A stretch of 64,000 nucleotides of DNA, taken from NCBI GenBank assembly GCA_014905635.1, contig JABVCE010000021.1:434001-498000 (forward strand), read 5' to 3'. The position numbers and the translations under genes are program-made. The first letter of the stretch is position 1. Each line of letters begins with the position of its first letter. Under the pieces are notes generated by a model that worked only from the letters and a program-made list of their open reading frames with translations, was not told the origin of the DNA and ran no database searches. Positions 50,407-62,223 of this stretch are shown one piece after another. This DNA comes from Scenedesmus sp. PABB004 (lineage: Eukaryota).

Positions 50407-50808
50407 CCCGAGCGGCGGCGCGCCGCCGTCAGGGGCGCCGCGCGCGTGCGTCGACGGACAGTCGAGTCGAGCGCCGCTGCTGCCGCCTGCCGTGCGGCGC
50501 TTGGAGCCCGTGGACCCGCGTGTAGGCTGGTGCACGCAGATCGCCTGGTAGGGTGCTCTGGCGCTGTGCGGGCAGCCCGGGCGCGGCGAGGGCTTTGCTT
50601 CGACCGCCGCAGCGGTTTCGGCGGCGAACGTTGTGCCGCTCTGATGCCCTGCCGCGCCTGATCGCGCGCCGCACCCGCTCGGGACGGCTTGCTGCTTGGG
50701 GCACACGCACACGCGGCAGCGCGCGCCCGCGTGTCGCTCGCGCCGAGCAGCAGAGCCCCCGCAGCACCCGGGCGCCCTCGTCACGCCGCGCGAGCCGCGC
50801 CAGGCGCC

Positions 50809-52672
50809 ATGCTGCCCGCCGTGCGTGCCTCTGGGCGCGTCCCACGCGTGGGGCCCTTCGGCAACGCGCCGCGGGCTGGCAGTGCGCGCAGGAGCGCCCC
50901 GCGCGGCCGGACCACCGCCTGCGCGGGCGTGCCGGGCTGGGCGGGCGTCCCGGAGCCGGTGAGGACGACCACGCGCGACTGGGCCGTGCCCACGGAGCTG
51001 CTGGCGTCGCTGGCCAGCGAGCAGGTGAGCCGCGGCGGGCGGCGGCGGGGGCGGCGCCGTCCGACTCAGCAGCGCGGCGCACGCACAGGCCGGGACGCGC
51101 AGCCCCGCGGCCTGCACAGATCGCGGGCAGCGCGATCAGCGCCCGCCGTCCGCATGGCGGCGCCGCGCGGCGCGGTGCAGCGCGGGCGCGCAACCGCCCG
51201 CCGCCGCCCGCCGCGCCGCGCAGGCCGCCGGCGGCGCGCCGTGCCCGCCCAACTGCACCGTCTACACCGTGCGCCTCACCACCAGCTGGGACCGCGGTTC
51301 CGCGCTGTCGGAGCCGCTCGCGGGCGTGAACGTGTGCCTCATCGGGCGCAGCGGCGCGGCGGTGCTGCACCGCATCTCGCCCGTGAACGACCCCGCCGAC
51401 AACCGACGCGTCATGGAGGACATATGCTCCGTGAGCGCACCGCACGCGCACACGCGCGGCGCACGCGCCAGCACGCGCCGCGCGCGCGCGGCGCACGCAC
51501 CAGCACGCGCCGCACCGCGCGGCCCGCGGCCGCCGCCGCGGCGCCGCCCAGGCGGTCGGCGGCGCTGCTGACCCGCGCACGCCGGCCGCTGCCGCCGGCC
51601 GCGGCGCAGATCGTGGGCGAGGACTCAGGCGCCGACTGCGCATCGCTGAGCAGCGTCGACCAGCCGCAGCTGTGGCCGGTAGACAAAGACCCCGGCGTCA
51701 AGCAGCGCTTCCAGGTGCGACGGCGCGGGGCAGCCCGCGCCGGCGGGACACGCGCCACGCGCTGGCCCCGCGGCGGCGGGCGGGCGCCCCAGCAGCAGCG
51801 CCGCGCGCGACGCGCGCGCCGGCGCCGCAGGAGGGCGCCGTCGACGAGGTGAGCTTCGTCGCGCCCGAGCTGGGGGGCCTCGCGGCCATCCTGGTCGCGC
51901 CCGAGGGCGGCGCGTGGACGTGCGACGAGGTCGACGTGTTCAGCAGCCGCAGCAAGCACATGGACCGCTTCGTCTGCCGCAAGCAGCTCGGCGGCCGCCG
52001 CGGCGACGCCGCCGCGTACCTCACGCCCGTGCCGCCAAACGCGGTCGTCTACGGCACCGGCGACGCCGCGCGCGTCATCACCAAGGCACGGCGCTCGCTG
52101 CCGCTTGCCGGCGCCGCGCCGCGCCGCTGCGCCGCCGCGCCGTCGCTGCGCGCCCGCGCCCGCCGGCGCTGCCCGCTGCGGGCGCCGGCGACGCGCCGCC
52201 GCCCGCCCGCGCGCCCCCCGCAGGAGCAGGCCGCCGCGCTGCAGGCGCTGAGCCTGTCTGACTACGGCGAGCTCAAGTCGCGCCTGCTGCTCACGACCGC
52301 GCTGCTCACGCTCGGCGGCAGCGGCGTCGCGGCGCTCGCGTCGGGCGTGCACGCGGCGCTGCCCTTTGCGCTCGGCGGCGTGGCGGGGCTGCTGTACCAG
52401 CTGCTCCTCCAGGTCGGCGCCGACGCCGCGGTCGGCGGCGCGGCGTCGCCGGGCGCGGCGCCCGCGCCCGCGCCCGCGCCCGGCGGCGCGCAGGGCCTGC
52501 CCGGCCGCATGATGCATGTGCTCGGCAGCTCCGCGGTGCGCCTGGCGCTGCTCACGTCGGCGGCGCTCGCGGCGGTGTGGTCGCTGCAGGACGGCACGGG
52601 TGCGTCGGCGCGCGCGGGCGCCGGCGCGGGCGCGCAGCAGGCGCTCAGCGAGCGCTCGCGCCGCGACGCTCA

Positions 52673-52735
<63 letters not shown>

Positions 52736-52919
52736 AGGCGCGCGCGACGGCTCCGAGGCCGCCGCGCTGGTGCAGCTGACGCCCGTGGACGCGTGGCAGA
52801 TGGGCCTGGGGCTGGCCGGGTTTATGATGTACAAGGTGGCGGTGCTCGGCGTGAGCCTCGCGCCGCCGCCGCCGCCGCGCGTGCCCGCGCCGCCGCAGCA
52901 GGTCGAGAAGAACGCCTGA
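50809..52919 (+). CDS. Probable plastid protein with a PLAT/LH2-like N-terminal domain and a C-terminal multi-TM (AtpI-like) region
   Basis: YTVRLTTSWDRGSALSEP.AGVNVCLIG, FQEGAVDEVSFVAPELGGLAAILV..GAWTCDEV, DYGELKSRLL..FALGGVAGLLYQLLLQ..GFMMYKVAV. Confidence 0.72.
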
Positions 52920-53640
52920 GCGCGCAGCGCAGCGCGGGGCGCGCATGCGCGCCGGTTTTTGCCCCGCAGCGGGGGCACATGCACTTGGCGCGCCACACGC
53001 GCGTGTACCACCAGGTGTCCGTCGTGTCTCGCTGGGTTAGTGGTGGTGGCGGGGGCGGTATGCGCGTGGGGGAGGGGCCGCGGCGGGCCGGTCAGCCGCC
53101 GCGGCGGTCGGTCAGCAGGCCTGCCTGTGTGCACCTCGGTTGTTGTATGCTGTACACGACGCGCACCGGCGCCGGGGTGATCCGTTTGTTGGCACTGTGT
53201 GCGGGCGCGGGGGTGGGCAGCACGGCGCGGGACGGCCGGCCGCGCGCGGCCGTGCGCGGCGCCGCCGGCGGTCGCTGCCGGTGGCCGCTGCCGGCGGCTG
53301 GCGGCCGCTGCCTGCGCGCCCGGCCGCCGTTGTGGCTTTGGTTTTGGTGCACGCCTGCATCGTCTGCAGCCAGGGCCAGCTGGCACGGGCGGCGGCGGCG
53401 TAACAGCAGGGCGAGTTTTCCCTGACCACTGCCGTGGACGCCCCGCCCCCGCGCCCACAGCGCGCCCCGGCCACTCGCGACCGCCTCCGCAAGCGCGGCA
53501 CCAGCTGCGCGGCGCTGAGCGAGCTGCCCGTTTCCAGCCCGCTTGACCAGGCGGAGCCCTCTTCACCCGGCCACGACAGGCCCCAGGCGCCCGCGAAGGA
53601 GTTTCCAGCGCTCGCGCCACCGCACCCCCCGCCGGCCGCG

Positions 53641-56114
53641 ATGCCGGGCTCCGACCAGGGCGAGCGCACGGCGCTCGACATCAGGTGCGCGGGGACGCCC
53701 CTGCCGCCGCGCAGCGGGCGCTCCGGCCCGCGCCCGCGCTCGAGGGACCGGAGCTTACGGTCTCGCACCCACAGGGAGCTCGAGGAGGAGTTTGAGACGG
53801 TGACCATGGAGGAGAGCCTCGCCGAGCTGCGCAGGTGCTGCTCTGCCGCCGCGCCCGCCCCCGCCGGGGCGCCGCCGCCGCCGGGCTTGCAGGGGCGACC
53901 AAGTCCCTGCTGAGCTCCTGGCCCCCGGCCTCCCTGCCCCGTGTCGTCCGCCTGCCGCCGCCGCGGCCGCCGCAGGCGCACGCGCATCTGCATCAAGGCC
54001 ACGCCCTGGGTGTCGACCCTCAGCTGCGTGTTCGTGGCCGTCGGCCTGGGCGTGTGGTGCGCGCCGCCGGGGGCTGAGCGGCTGCGGCAATGGGGGGGCT
54101 GAGCGGCGGCGCAGCACGCGGCGGCGCCCCCGTCGCGCGCGCGCGCGTGCGCCGACCGCGCCGCGCGACCGCTCGCTCGCTGCCTCCCGCGCACGCACGC
54201 AGGTACGTCTTCACCAAGCGCGCGCTCGCGCTGACCCAGGACGTCATGGGCGGCCTGTTCTCGCAGCCGCTGGTGCTCGTCGACGAGCTCGCCGCATCCG
54301 TGGGGTGGACCACGCTGCTCATGGTCATCGCCGTCTCCTGCCTGCTCGGCGTCACGTTCTTCGTGTCACTCCTCCGCACCTACCAGTACGCCGCGGCCGT
54401 CCCCGACACCAGCTGCGGTGCGGCCCCCGCGCACGCGCGCGCGCGCGCCGCCGCCTGACCCCCTCGCCCGTCGGCGCCAGCGTGCGCGCGCGCGCCCTAG
54501 GCGCAGCGCCGTCACTGACTCACCGCGCCCGCACGCTCATCGCTCACCGAGCGCAGGCGCGCCGGGCAAGGTGTCGTACGGCGCGTACGCCGGGCTCGTC
54601 GCGGTGCTCAACGCGGCGTGGTGGCTGCTGACCGTGGTCGTCGCGCTGCTGCTCGCCGCGAGCCTCGTGTGGCTCACGCTCGCGTTTGTGTTCAGCTCCG
54701 CCATCTACATGGGCGTCGAGTGAGCCCCGCGGCCCGGCCAGCGCGCAGCACGTAGGGCTGAGGACCAACCCGCCGCGCTGGCTTGCCCCGCTGACGGCCC
54801 GCGCCGCGCCCCGCGCCGCCCCCGGGGCCACCGCCGCAGGAACCGGCCAGCGCCGGCGGGGCGGCCCAACGCCGAGGTCTACGCGACCGCGCGCGCCGCG
54901 CTCGACGGCCTCGCGACGTACGCGGCCGCGGTGCAGCCGGCGCTGCCGGCCGCCGTCGCGGCGGCGCCGCAGGTCGCGGCCATGAACAGCGCGGTGTCGC
55001 AGTTCCTGGCCACGTCGCGCGAGGTCCCCGTCACGCTCTGCCCCGTGAGCTGCTTCAACATGGGCTCATTCTACGGTGCGCCGCGCCCGCCGCGGCGCCT
55101 CGGCGCGCTGCTGGTGCATTGCGCGCGGCGCCGCCCCCGGGCAGGCCGGCATGCGACCCCCGCCCCGCCGCGCCGCCGCCGCGGCCGCCGCCCAGACACG
55201 CTGCGCCTGAGCTCCAGCTGCATCTGCAGCGAGGCCGACGTGAACGACCTGTCAGACAAGGCCACGCGCAACTGGGAGGTGCGGCGGCGGCACGTGGCCG
55301 TCCATGCGCGCGCTGCGCTGCGTGTGCGCCGTCCGCGAGTGACCACCACCGCCCGTCCCCCGCGCCGCCCCCGTGCCGTCGCCGCCTGCAGTGCCTGGTG
55401 CACGTGCTCGCGTCGCTCGCGCTCATGGGCGTGGGGTGCCTGTGGCAGGTGATGAACATGAGTGCCAACTACGCGCACGCGCGGCGCGACGTGCGCGACG
55501 CGCGCGCGCGCGCGGCCGGCGCGCTCTTCACACACGGCGGCGACGCCGTCGCGGCGGTGCTCGCGACGTGGCCGATCGACAAGAGGTCCAGCAAGACCGC
55601 GCTGCGCGACCTGGTGCGCACGCGCGCAAGCGTTGAGAGAAGGGCAGGCGGGCGGGTGCAGCGGCGGCGGTGCTCGCCCCTCCTCTGCCTTGGCCGCCGA
55701 CGCCCGCGCTCCGCTCGCCCCCGCCCGTGTGCGGCCGGCCGCGCAGGAGGGCGGCCACACCACCGACACAGCCCTCTTTGGCGCGAGCGCTGGCGGCGCA
55801 TCCGAGGCCGAGGCGGGCGGGGAGCACATGACCTACAACAGCGCCTACGAGGGCTACGTCGCGCCAGCGGAGGCCGAGGCCGGCGCGGCCGCGGCCGGCG
55901 CGCGCCGCGCGTCCTCGCCCAGGTGCGGGCCGCGCGCGCGCGCGCAGCGGCTGGCCGGCCGCGGCGGCTGACCGCGCGGCCGGCGACACCGCGCGCGCGC
56001 AGGAGCGGCGAGGCGGAGCAGCCCAGCCCCAGCAGCGGCGGGCGCGGGGCGACGTTCAACTCCACCGCGCAGCGGTACGCTGCCTACAGGCTGCGCGCAG
56101 CGCAGGGTAAGTGA
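53641..56114 (+). CDS. Four-TM membrane protein B, proteolipid/M6-like (tentative family), multi-exon; ends uncertain
   Basis: RICIKATPWVSTLSCVFVAVGLGVW (TM1), TM2 LLMVIAVSCLLGVTFFVSLL, TM3 NAAWWLLTVVVALLLAASLVW, loop CPVSCFNM..SSCICS, TM4 VLASLALMGVGCLWQVMNMSANYAHARRD. Confidence 0.72.
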
Positions 56115-56903
56115 CGTGCCCCGCCCGGACCGCCGCGCCAGCCTGGCCCTGCACGCGGCGGCGTGGCCAGCGCCGGCGCCCGCAGCTCGCGCCCGCACCT
56201 GCTGACGCCCGTGCGCTCCGCGCGTGTGCGCAGCCGCGGCGGCCAAGGGCTCGCCCTCGAGCGACGGCGGGCGCAAGCAGTGGGTGCGCTGAGCGGCGGC
56301 GGCGCCGTCAGCGAGCTGGGGGGCCCCAGGCCGCCGCCTCGCTGGCGGCCCCTGCGCTGGATGGAGGAGGTGGGGGGCAGCAGGCAGCAGCACTTGCGTG
56401 TCCGCAGCAGTGCACGCGCGCGCGGCGGCAGCCCCCGCTAGGCGCGCCGCTCGGGGGCCCTGGCCAGCAGGCGCCCCCTGTGTCAGCGGCGGAGCGTGAT
56501 CAACCACCTGTTTGACTGACGGCCGAGGCGAGCAGCCCGCCCGCCGCCTGCCGCGCCGTTGGCAAGCAGCGATGTGCGCGGGCGGCGTGGCGCCGCGCTG
56601 CGCCGACTGACCCCTGACCGTGTGTGGCGTGCGGGGCAGGGGGCGGGGTGGGGTGCCTGACCGATCGACGATTTATTCTGACCCGATAGCAGCGTGCCCG
56701 TTCTAGCGTCCTATCCTAGTCCAGCGTGCCGAGATTTGTGGTGAGGTGCTTGAACGACGCCAGCGCAAACGACAGCCTGTGAGGTAACACGTGCGCTGCG
56801 CCCAACGGCGGCCCACAACTCAAACTCAACTCTGTTCGGACGGCATTGCACGATACATGCAGGCCGCTCTCTCTGCAGCCTCGGACCGTGCGCGCGTGTG
56901 CGT

Positions 56904-56904
<1 letters not shown>

Positions 56905-56986
<82 letters not shown>
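56905..56986. repeat. (CA)41 microsatellite
   Basis: Perfect dinucleotide run 13 nt downstream of the dynamin stop codon. Confidence 0.97.
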
Positions 56987-56988
<2 letters not shown>

Positions 56989-56999
56989 GTGGCAGCCGC

Positions 57000-59900
57000 T
57001 CAGGCGCTCAGGATCTTGCGCGCCTTGGTCAGCGCATCGCGCTGCGCGGCGAGCTCCGCGCGGCGAGCGGCAACGCTGCGGTCCTCCTCCATGAGCGCCA
57101 CCAGGTGGGCAATGCCCGGCCCGCCGTTGCCGCCGCCCGGCGCGCTGCCGTCTCCCGACTGCATCAGCCGCAGCGGCAGCTCCTCCAGGCGCCGGGCGGT
57201 GCTCTGGAGCAGGCAAAGCGTGGTGTGCATTGGCACGTAGTCGATCACGCGCTTGGTGCTCACTTTGAAGTAGGCGAGCGTTGCAGCGACCAGGTGCAGC
57301 AGGTTCTCGTCCGCGCTCGGGCCCGCCTCCTGCATCTTGACCAGCGCCGCGAGCTTGCGCAGGTGCTCGTGCGTCACGCCTTGGATGCCGATGTGGCCGA
57401 GGTACGTGACCGCGGTACTCGTGTACTCCGAGCCGAGGTTGATGTCGGGGACGGCGTAGAGTCCCTCCTTCATGCGGTCGAGGAAGCCCGACGTGGCAGT
57501 GTGGTAGTAGTGGTCTGGCGGCAGCGGCAATAGGGAACGGCCAGCGTGTGTTGCAGCATGTGCGCACGCCGGCTGCCGGCGGCAGTGCGCCCGGCCCGCG
57601 CCGCGCGTGCGCTAGAGCGCGCCGCACCGTTCTGCGTCCACGTCAGCTCGCGCTCAACCTCCATCAGCAGCTCCAGCACGCCGCGCGTCTTGCTCAGCTC
57701 GGCCTCCTGCAGGTCAAAGATGATGCCCCTGGCGGTGGTCGCGGCGGCGTGAGCTGAGACCAAGCGCAGGCGCAGAAGCGCCCGGCCGGCCAGAGCAGCG
57801 CTGCTTGCGGCCGCACCTCAGCGCGCTCTCCGCGGGCTTGAAGTTGCCGAGTTGCTCGTGCAGCAGGCGGTCCACGAGGCCGCGCAGCTCCCTGTCAACG
57901 CGGCCGAGGCACTCCTGGGCGGCGTCAGCCCAGCGGCCCTTGTGCTTCGCGACCAGCGTCTCCAGCACGCGGTAGCTCGCAAAGCCCGGCAGCTCGCGGC
58001 CCTTGAACTCCGCCGCGAGCTGCCTGACCTGCTCCAGCGTGATGGCGCCAGCGCTGGTGCTGCCATCGCCGGCGAGCCAGAAATGGTTGTCCTCCTCCGT
58101 GGGCGGCTGCTTCTGCTCCTGCTGCTGCCGCCCGTTGTTGGGCAGCTCGAACTTCGGCCGCGCCTTCAGCACGGCCGCCTTAAAGTCGGCAAAGTGGCGG
58201 GCCGTGGCCTGCCTGAAGTGGTTGTCGTCGTGGCCCTCCACCGCGGCGGCCATGGCCTTGGCCAGGCGCTGCAGGCGCATGAGCAGCTCCGTGCTGCGGT
58301 CGCTGGACGGCGGGGGCGGCAGCGCGGCGATGTCCTTGTTGACCTGCGGAGCGGCGCGGTCAGGGCGGCGGGGCCGTGCGGGCTCAGCTGTGCGCGCTGG
58401 CACGGCTTGGCGCGGCCTGGCGCGACCTCTCGTGGTAGCGCTGGCGGCGCAGCAGCAGCCCACCTGCTCCAGCTTCTCCTCGGCCGCCACGCGCATCCCC
58501 GGCAGCTCGGCTTGGATGAGACTGACCAGCACGTCGCTCAGCGCGTTGCGCAGCGCGCCCACGCCGCAGCGGCCGGCCATGGCGTCGGGCATGCTGACGC
58601 TGAAGTAGAGATCAGTCCTGAAGAACTTGGTCTCCTCGCTCACCGCCTCCTCAAGCGTGACGTTCTTGTCGAGCTCCGCCTGCGACGACGAGCCAGGTCC
58701 GGTGGCGGCGGGCAGGGTCAGGCGCAGCCCGCACCTGCGCAGGTCAGCCAGCCAGTCGGTGCCAGCGGCCAGCGCGCAGCAGCCACGCCACAGCTCACCT
58801 GGGGCGGGTTGCGCAGCCAGTAGTAGCCCAGCGCCAGCCGGAACGCGCCCTCGTTGGCCATCACGTCGCGCCAGGCGCTGTGCGTGCCCTGCTCCAGCGT
58901 GTCCACCTTGGTCACCACGCCGATGGTGCGGCTGCCGGTCGGGTCGGCCTTCTTGGCGAGGCTCACGATTTGCTGCGCGGCGGCGACGGCGTGGCGCGCC
59001 GCCGCACGCGGCTGGGCACGCGCGCGGCGCCGGCAGCGGGCAGCAGCGAGCGAGCAGGCAGCGGCAGCCAGCGAGCGAGCAGGCAGCGGCAGCCAGCGAG
59101 CGAGCAGGCAGCCAGCGAGCTGCCCGGTGGGCGAGCGAACTGGCCGGCGCGCGGCCGCGCGCACCTGGTTCTGGACGTCGTCCTTGGCCGAGACGGTCAT
59201 CACGATGATGGCGCGCCTGCGCTCCACGTAGCTCTTCACCAGGTCCTGCACCAGCCGCACCTCGTCCTCGCCCTCCTCGCGCGTGCTGGTGTGGATGATG
59301 CCGGGCTGGTGTGGAGCGCGGCGGGCGCAGGGTTGGCGCGCGGTGCTCGCCGCCCGACAGGCCAGGCGGCGCGGGTGCACAGGTCCCCGGCGTGTGCGCC
59401 TCGGCCAGGCGCGCGGCGCCGCACCAGGTCGATCAGGGTCAGGTCTGCCTCCGCGCCGGCAATGGTCAGCACCACGACGTTGGGCGTGAAGGCCAGCTCG
59501 TCCTTGGTGCTGCCGCTGTCCGCCGCGCCGCCGCCGCTGCCCGCCGCGCCGCCGCCGCTGCCCGCCTCGCCGTCGGCAGTCGCGCCGCCGTCGGCAGCCG
59601 CGCCGCCGTTGGCCGCTTTGGCTGCGGCGGCGGCTTGCTGCTTAAACCGCCCGGGCTCGTCTTTGGGGTTGAGCAGCGCGCGCTGCGCGGCGCTGACGTA
59701 GAGGTGCAGCAGGCGCTTGCGCGCCGCCGGCACCGCCGCAAAAGGCACCTCGCTGGCGTCCGCCAGCGGCGTCACGTTGTCCTTGCCGACCTCGCGGCGC
59801 AGCTTGATGTCACAGTGCCACTCACCCCCGGTGCTCAGCCGCACCTGCGCGGCGCGCACGGGCGTGCGCATCACACAGCTGCAGCAGCACGCGTCGCACA

Positions 59901-60386
59901 GCACGGGAGAGCGCGCGGCGCCGCGCCGCGTGTACCTCGGTGGGGCAGCGCGTGCAGGTGCCGGCGGCGCGTGGGAGCTTCACACCGGCCAGGCGCTCGA
60001 GCACGGAGCTCTTGCCGGCCGACTGGTTGCCACAGACCACCAGCGTCGGCAGGTCTGACGCGGCGGCGGCGGTCAGCGGCGGCGCGCGGTGCGTTGCAGC
60101 GAGCCGCGGCCTGCGGCGCGCGGTGAGCGGCGGATCGCGGCAGCTCACCGAGCGTGAAGTGCGCGCCATTGGCGCGCAGGTCGTTGACCGTGTTGATGAA
60201 GCGCTTGGTGGTGGTCCCGTAGCTCGTAGCCGCAAGCGAGGCACGCTCGCTGGCCTCAGCGGGCTTGCCATTGGCTGCGCCGCCGGGCGACGCACCCGCG
60301 CTGGCCTCGGCGACGGTGGGCTCGCCGTTGGCCTCGGTGCCGCCGGGCTTGCCGCCGGCGACGCCGCCGTGCTTGGTCTTGGCCAT
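57000..60386 (-). CDS. Dynamin-superfamily GTPase, Mx/DRP4-like, multi-exon
   Basis: G1 [20 protein letters not shown]2 GTCTRCP, G3 DLTLIDLPGI, G4 [10 protein letters not shown], middle [38 protein letters not shown]. No PH or PRD domain visible. Confidence 0.92.
59044..59120. repeat. Intronic minisatellite, about 25-bp unit CAGCGAGCGAGCAGGCAGCGGCAGC, about 3 copies
   Basis: Read directly. Confidence 0.7.
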
Positions 60387-60690
60387 GCTGTCGCCCCCTC
60401 GTGGGCGCACGACGACCTCGTGGGGCGCACTGGGCGGCTGGGCGGGCTGGGCGGGCTATGAACAGGCGCTCCGACGGTCGCGAACGACCTTGCAAATCAC
60501 CGCGCATCCGTGCCGCTACCTGGACCGCTGGAATCTGTGGCTCTCACGCGCTCTGCCTAATCTGCCGCACGTTCCCGCTGTCCGAAGCCGCGGCAGCCCG
60601 AGCAGCGGTGGCAGCATCGTTTTTCGCGGCGTCACCGGAAAGGCGTCACCGCCGGCGCGCGCGGCGCCGCTGCTCGCCCGCGCGCGCTGC

Positions 60691-62223
60691 TCATGTGCAC
60701 GCCGGCGGCCGCGGGCAGGGCAGCGTCATGGGGCGCGTGTCGAACGGCGTCTGGCTCAGCAGCAGCCTGCGCACCTCGCCCGGGCGGAACGCGAGCTCGC
60801 GGTGCCGCCGCACGTCGAGCCCCACCACCGCCGCCTGCGCGCGCGGCGGGCGCGCGGCGGGCGCGGGCCCCGCGCGCTCAGCCGGCAGCGCACACGCCGG
60901 GGAGGGCGCAGCACCGACCAGGCAGCCCAGGCGAGCGGTCGGGTCGCCGACGCGCGAGCGAGCTCTGAGCCCAGCGCAGCCCAGCGCCCGCCCCACCACG
61001 AGCACACACACACACACACATGCACGCGCCTGCAGCACTGAGAGCGTGTCCGAGTCGGGCGAGATGAACACCACATCCTCGCCGCTGTACTGCGTCTCAG
61101 TTATTGACATCACCTGCCAGCAGCGCGCCGCGCGTGGTGGCACGTCAGGGCCCGCCGCGAGGCGGGCGCGCGCGCCCAAGCTCCAGGCCAGCGCCGGCGG
61201 CGGCGCCGCGCGCCCCGCGCGCGCGACGCGCGACGCGCCTGCCGCATGCGCGTGAGCACGTCGGCCGCGCTCTCGTTGGGCGTGCCGTCGTAGCCCGGCG
61301 GCGGGCGCCAGCCCGCGTCGAGCGCGTCGCCCTCCGCCAGGCGGCGGTACGTCTCGGCGACGCGGCCGCCGTCCAGCGCGCCCACGCCGCGCGCGTCCAG
61401 AAAGGAGTACCTGTCTCACGGCACGGTGCGGCGTGGCTGAGCGGGGCAGGCGCGGCGGAGCCGGGGCCCCGGCGAGCCCCGGCGGAGCTCGCAGCGCCGA
61501 GGCCGCCGGCGCGCCGCGCCGCGCCGCGCCGCGGCGCTCACTCGGGCACGATGCGGCTGCGGCCGACGCCCAGCGCGTACGCCAGAATCTCGCCTGTCTG
61601 GTACGCAGTGTTGGTGATGCTGGGCCAGATCCAGCACCCCGCGTCGCCGCACACGCCGAGGCTGCGCAGCGCCGGCAGCGCCTCGCGCACGACCTGCGCG
61701 CGGCGACGGCGCCGGCGCGGCGGCAGCGCTTCGCGGCGCCGCGCCCGGCACGCGCGGTGGCCACCGCGCCCGGGGCACGCGCGGGCCGCACCTGCGCCTT
61801 GCCCCTCTTGCTCAGGCTCGCCGCGCCGGACTGCTTCCACACGGGGTTGGTCAGCACCGCGTCCTCCGCCTCGCTCTCGCTCTCGCCCGCCCGCACCAGG
61901 ACGTAGTTGTTCTTGAGCTCGGCCGCAGGGAACTGCACCAGCCCCGCCCGCGCTGCGCGCGGCGCCGCGGCGCCCGCCAGCGCTGCGCCCGCCAGCAGCG
62001 CCGCGCGCCGGCCGGCGGCGGCGACGCCTGGGCTGCTGCGTGCACTAGTGACCGCAGCTGCTCCGGCGTCGGCGTCTCGCCGGCCGCTGCCGGCGTCTCG
62101 CCGGCGACCGGCGTGGGCACAGCTGCAGCAGCGGGCGCGGCGCGCGGGCAGCGGCGCCCGCGCCGCGGCTGCTGGTCCTGCCACACCGGAAGGCTGCGAT
62201 TGACGCAACGGATGCCTGATCAT
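60691..62223 (-). CDS. Phosphoglycerate mutase/histidine phosphatase-fold protein, probably thylakoid-lumenal, multi-exon
   Basis: Twin-Arg signal GRRAALLAGAALAG..ARA, then NNYVLVRAGESE, LSKRGKAQ, AYQTGE, IVPEYSFLDARGVG, ESAADVLTR, VVFISPDSDTLSVLQ. Confidence 0.8.
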   Translation of the reverse strand: MIRHPLRQSQPSGVAGPAAAARAPLPARRARCCSCAHAGRRRDAGSGRRDADAGAAAVTSARSSPGVAAAGRRAALLAGAALAGAAAPRAARAGLVQFPAAELKNNYVLVRAGESESEAEDAVLTNPVWKQSGAASLSKRGKAQVRPARAPGAVATARAGRGAAKRCRRAGAVAARRSCARRCRRCAASACAATRGAGSGPASPTLRTRQARFWRTRWASAAAASCPSERRGAARRGAPAASALRAPPGLAGAPAPPRLPRSATPHRAVRQVLLSGRARRGRAGRRPRRRDVPPPGGGRRARRGLAPAAGLRRHAQRERGRRAHAHAAGASRVARAGRAAPPPALAWSLGARARLAAGPDVPPRAARCWQVMSITETQYSGEDVVFISPDSDTLSVLQARACVCVCVLVVGRALGCAGLRARSRVGDPTARLGCLVGAAPSPACALPAERAGPAPAARPPRAQAAVVGLDVRRHRELAFRPGEVRRLLLSQTPFDTRPMTLPCPRPPACT

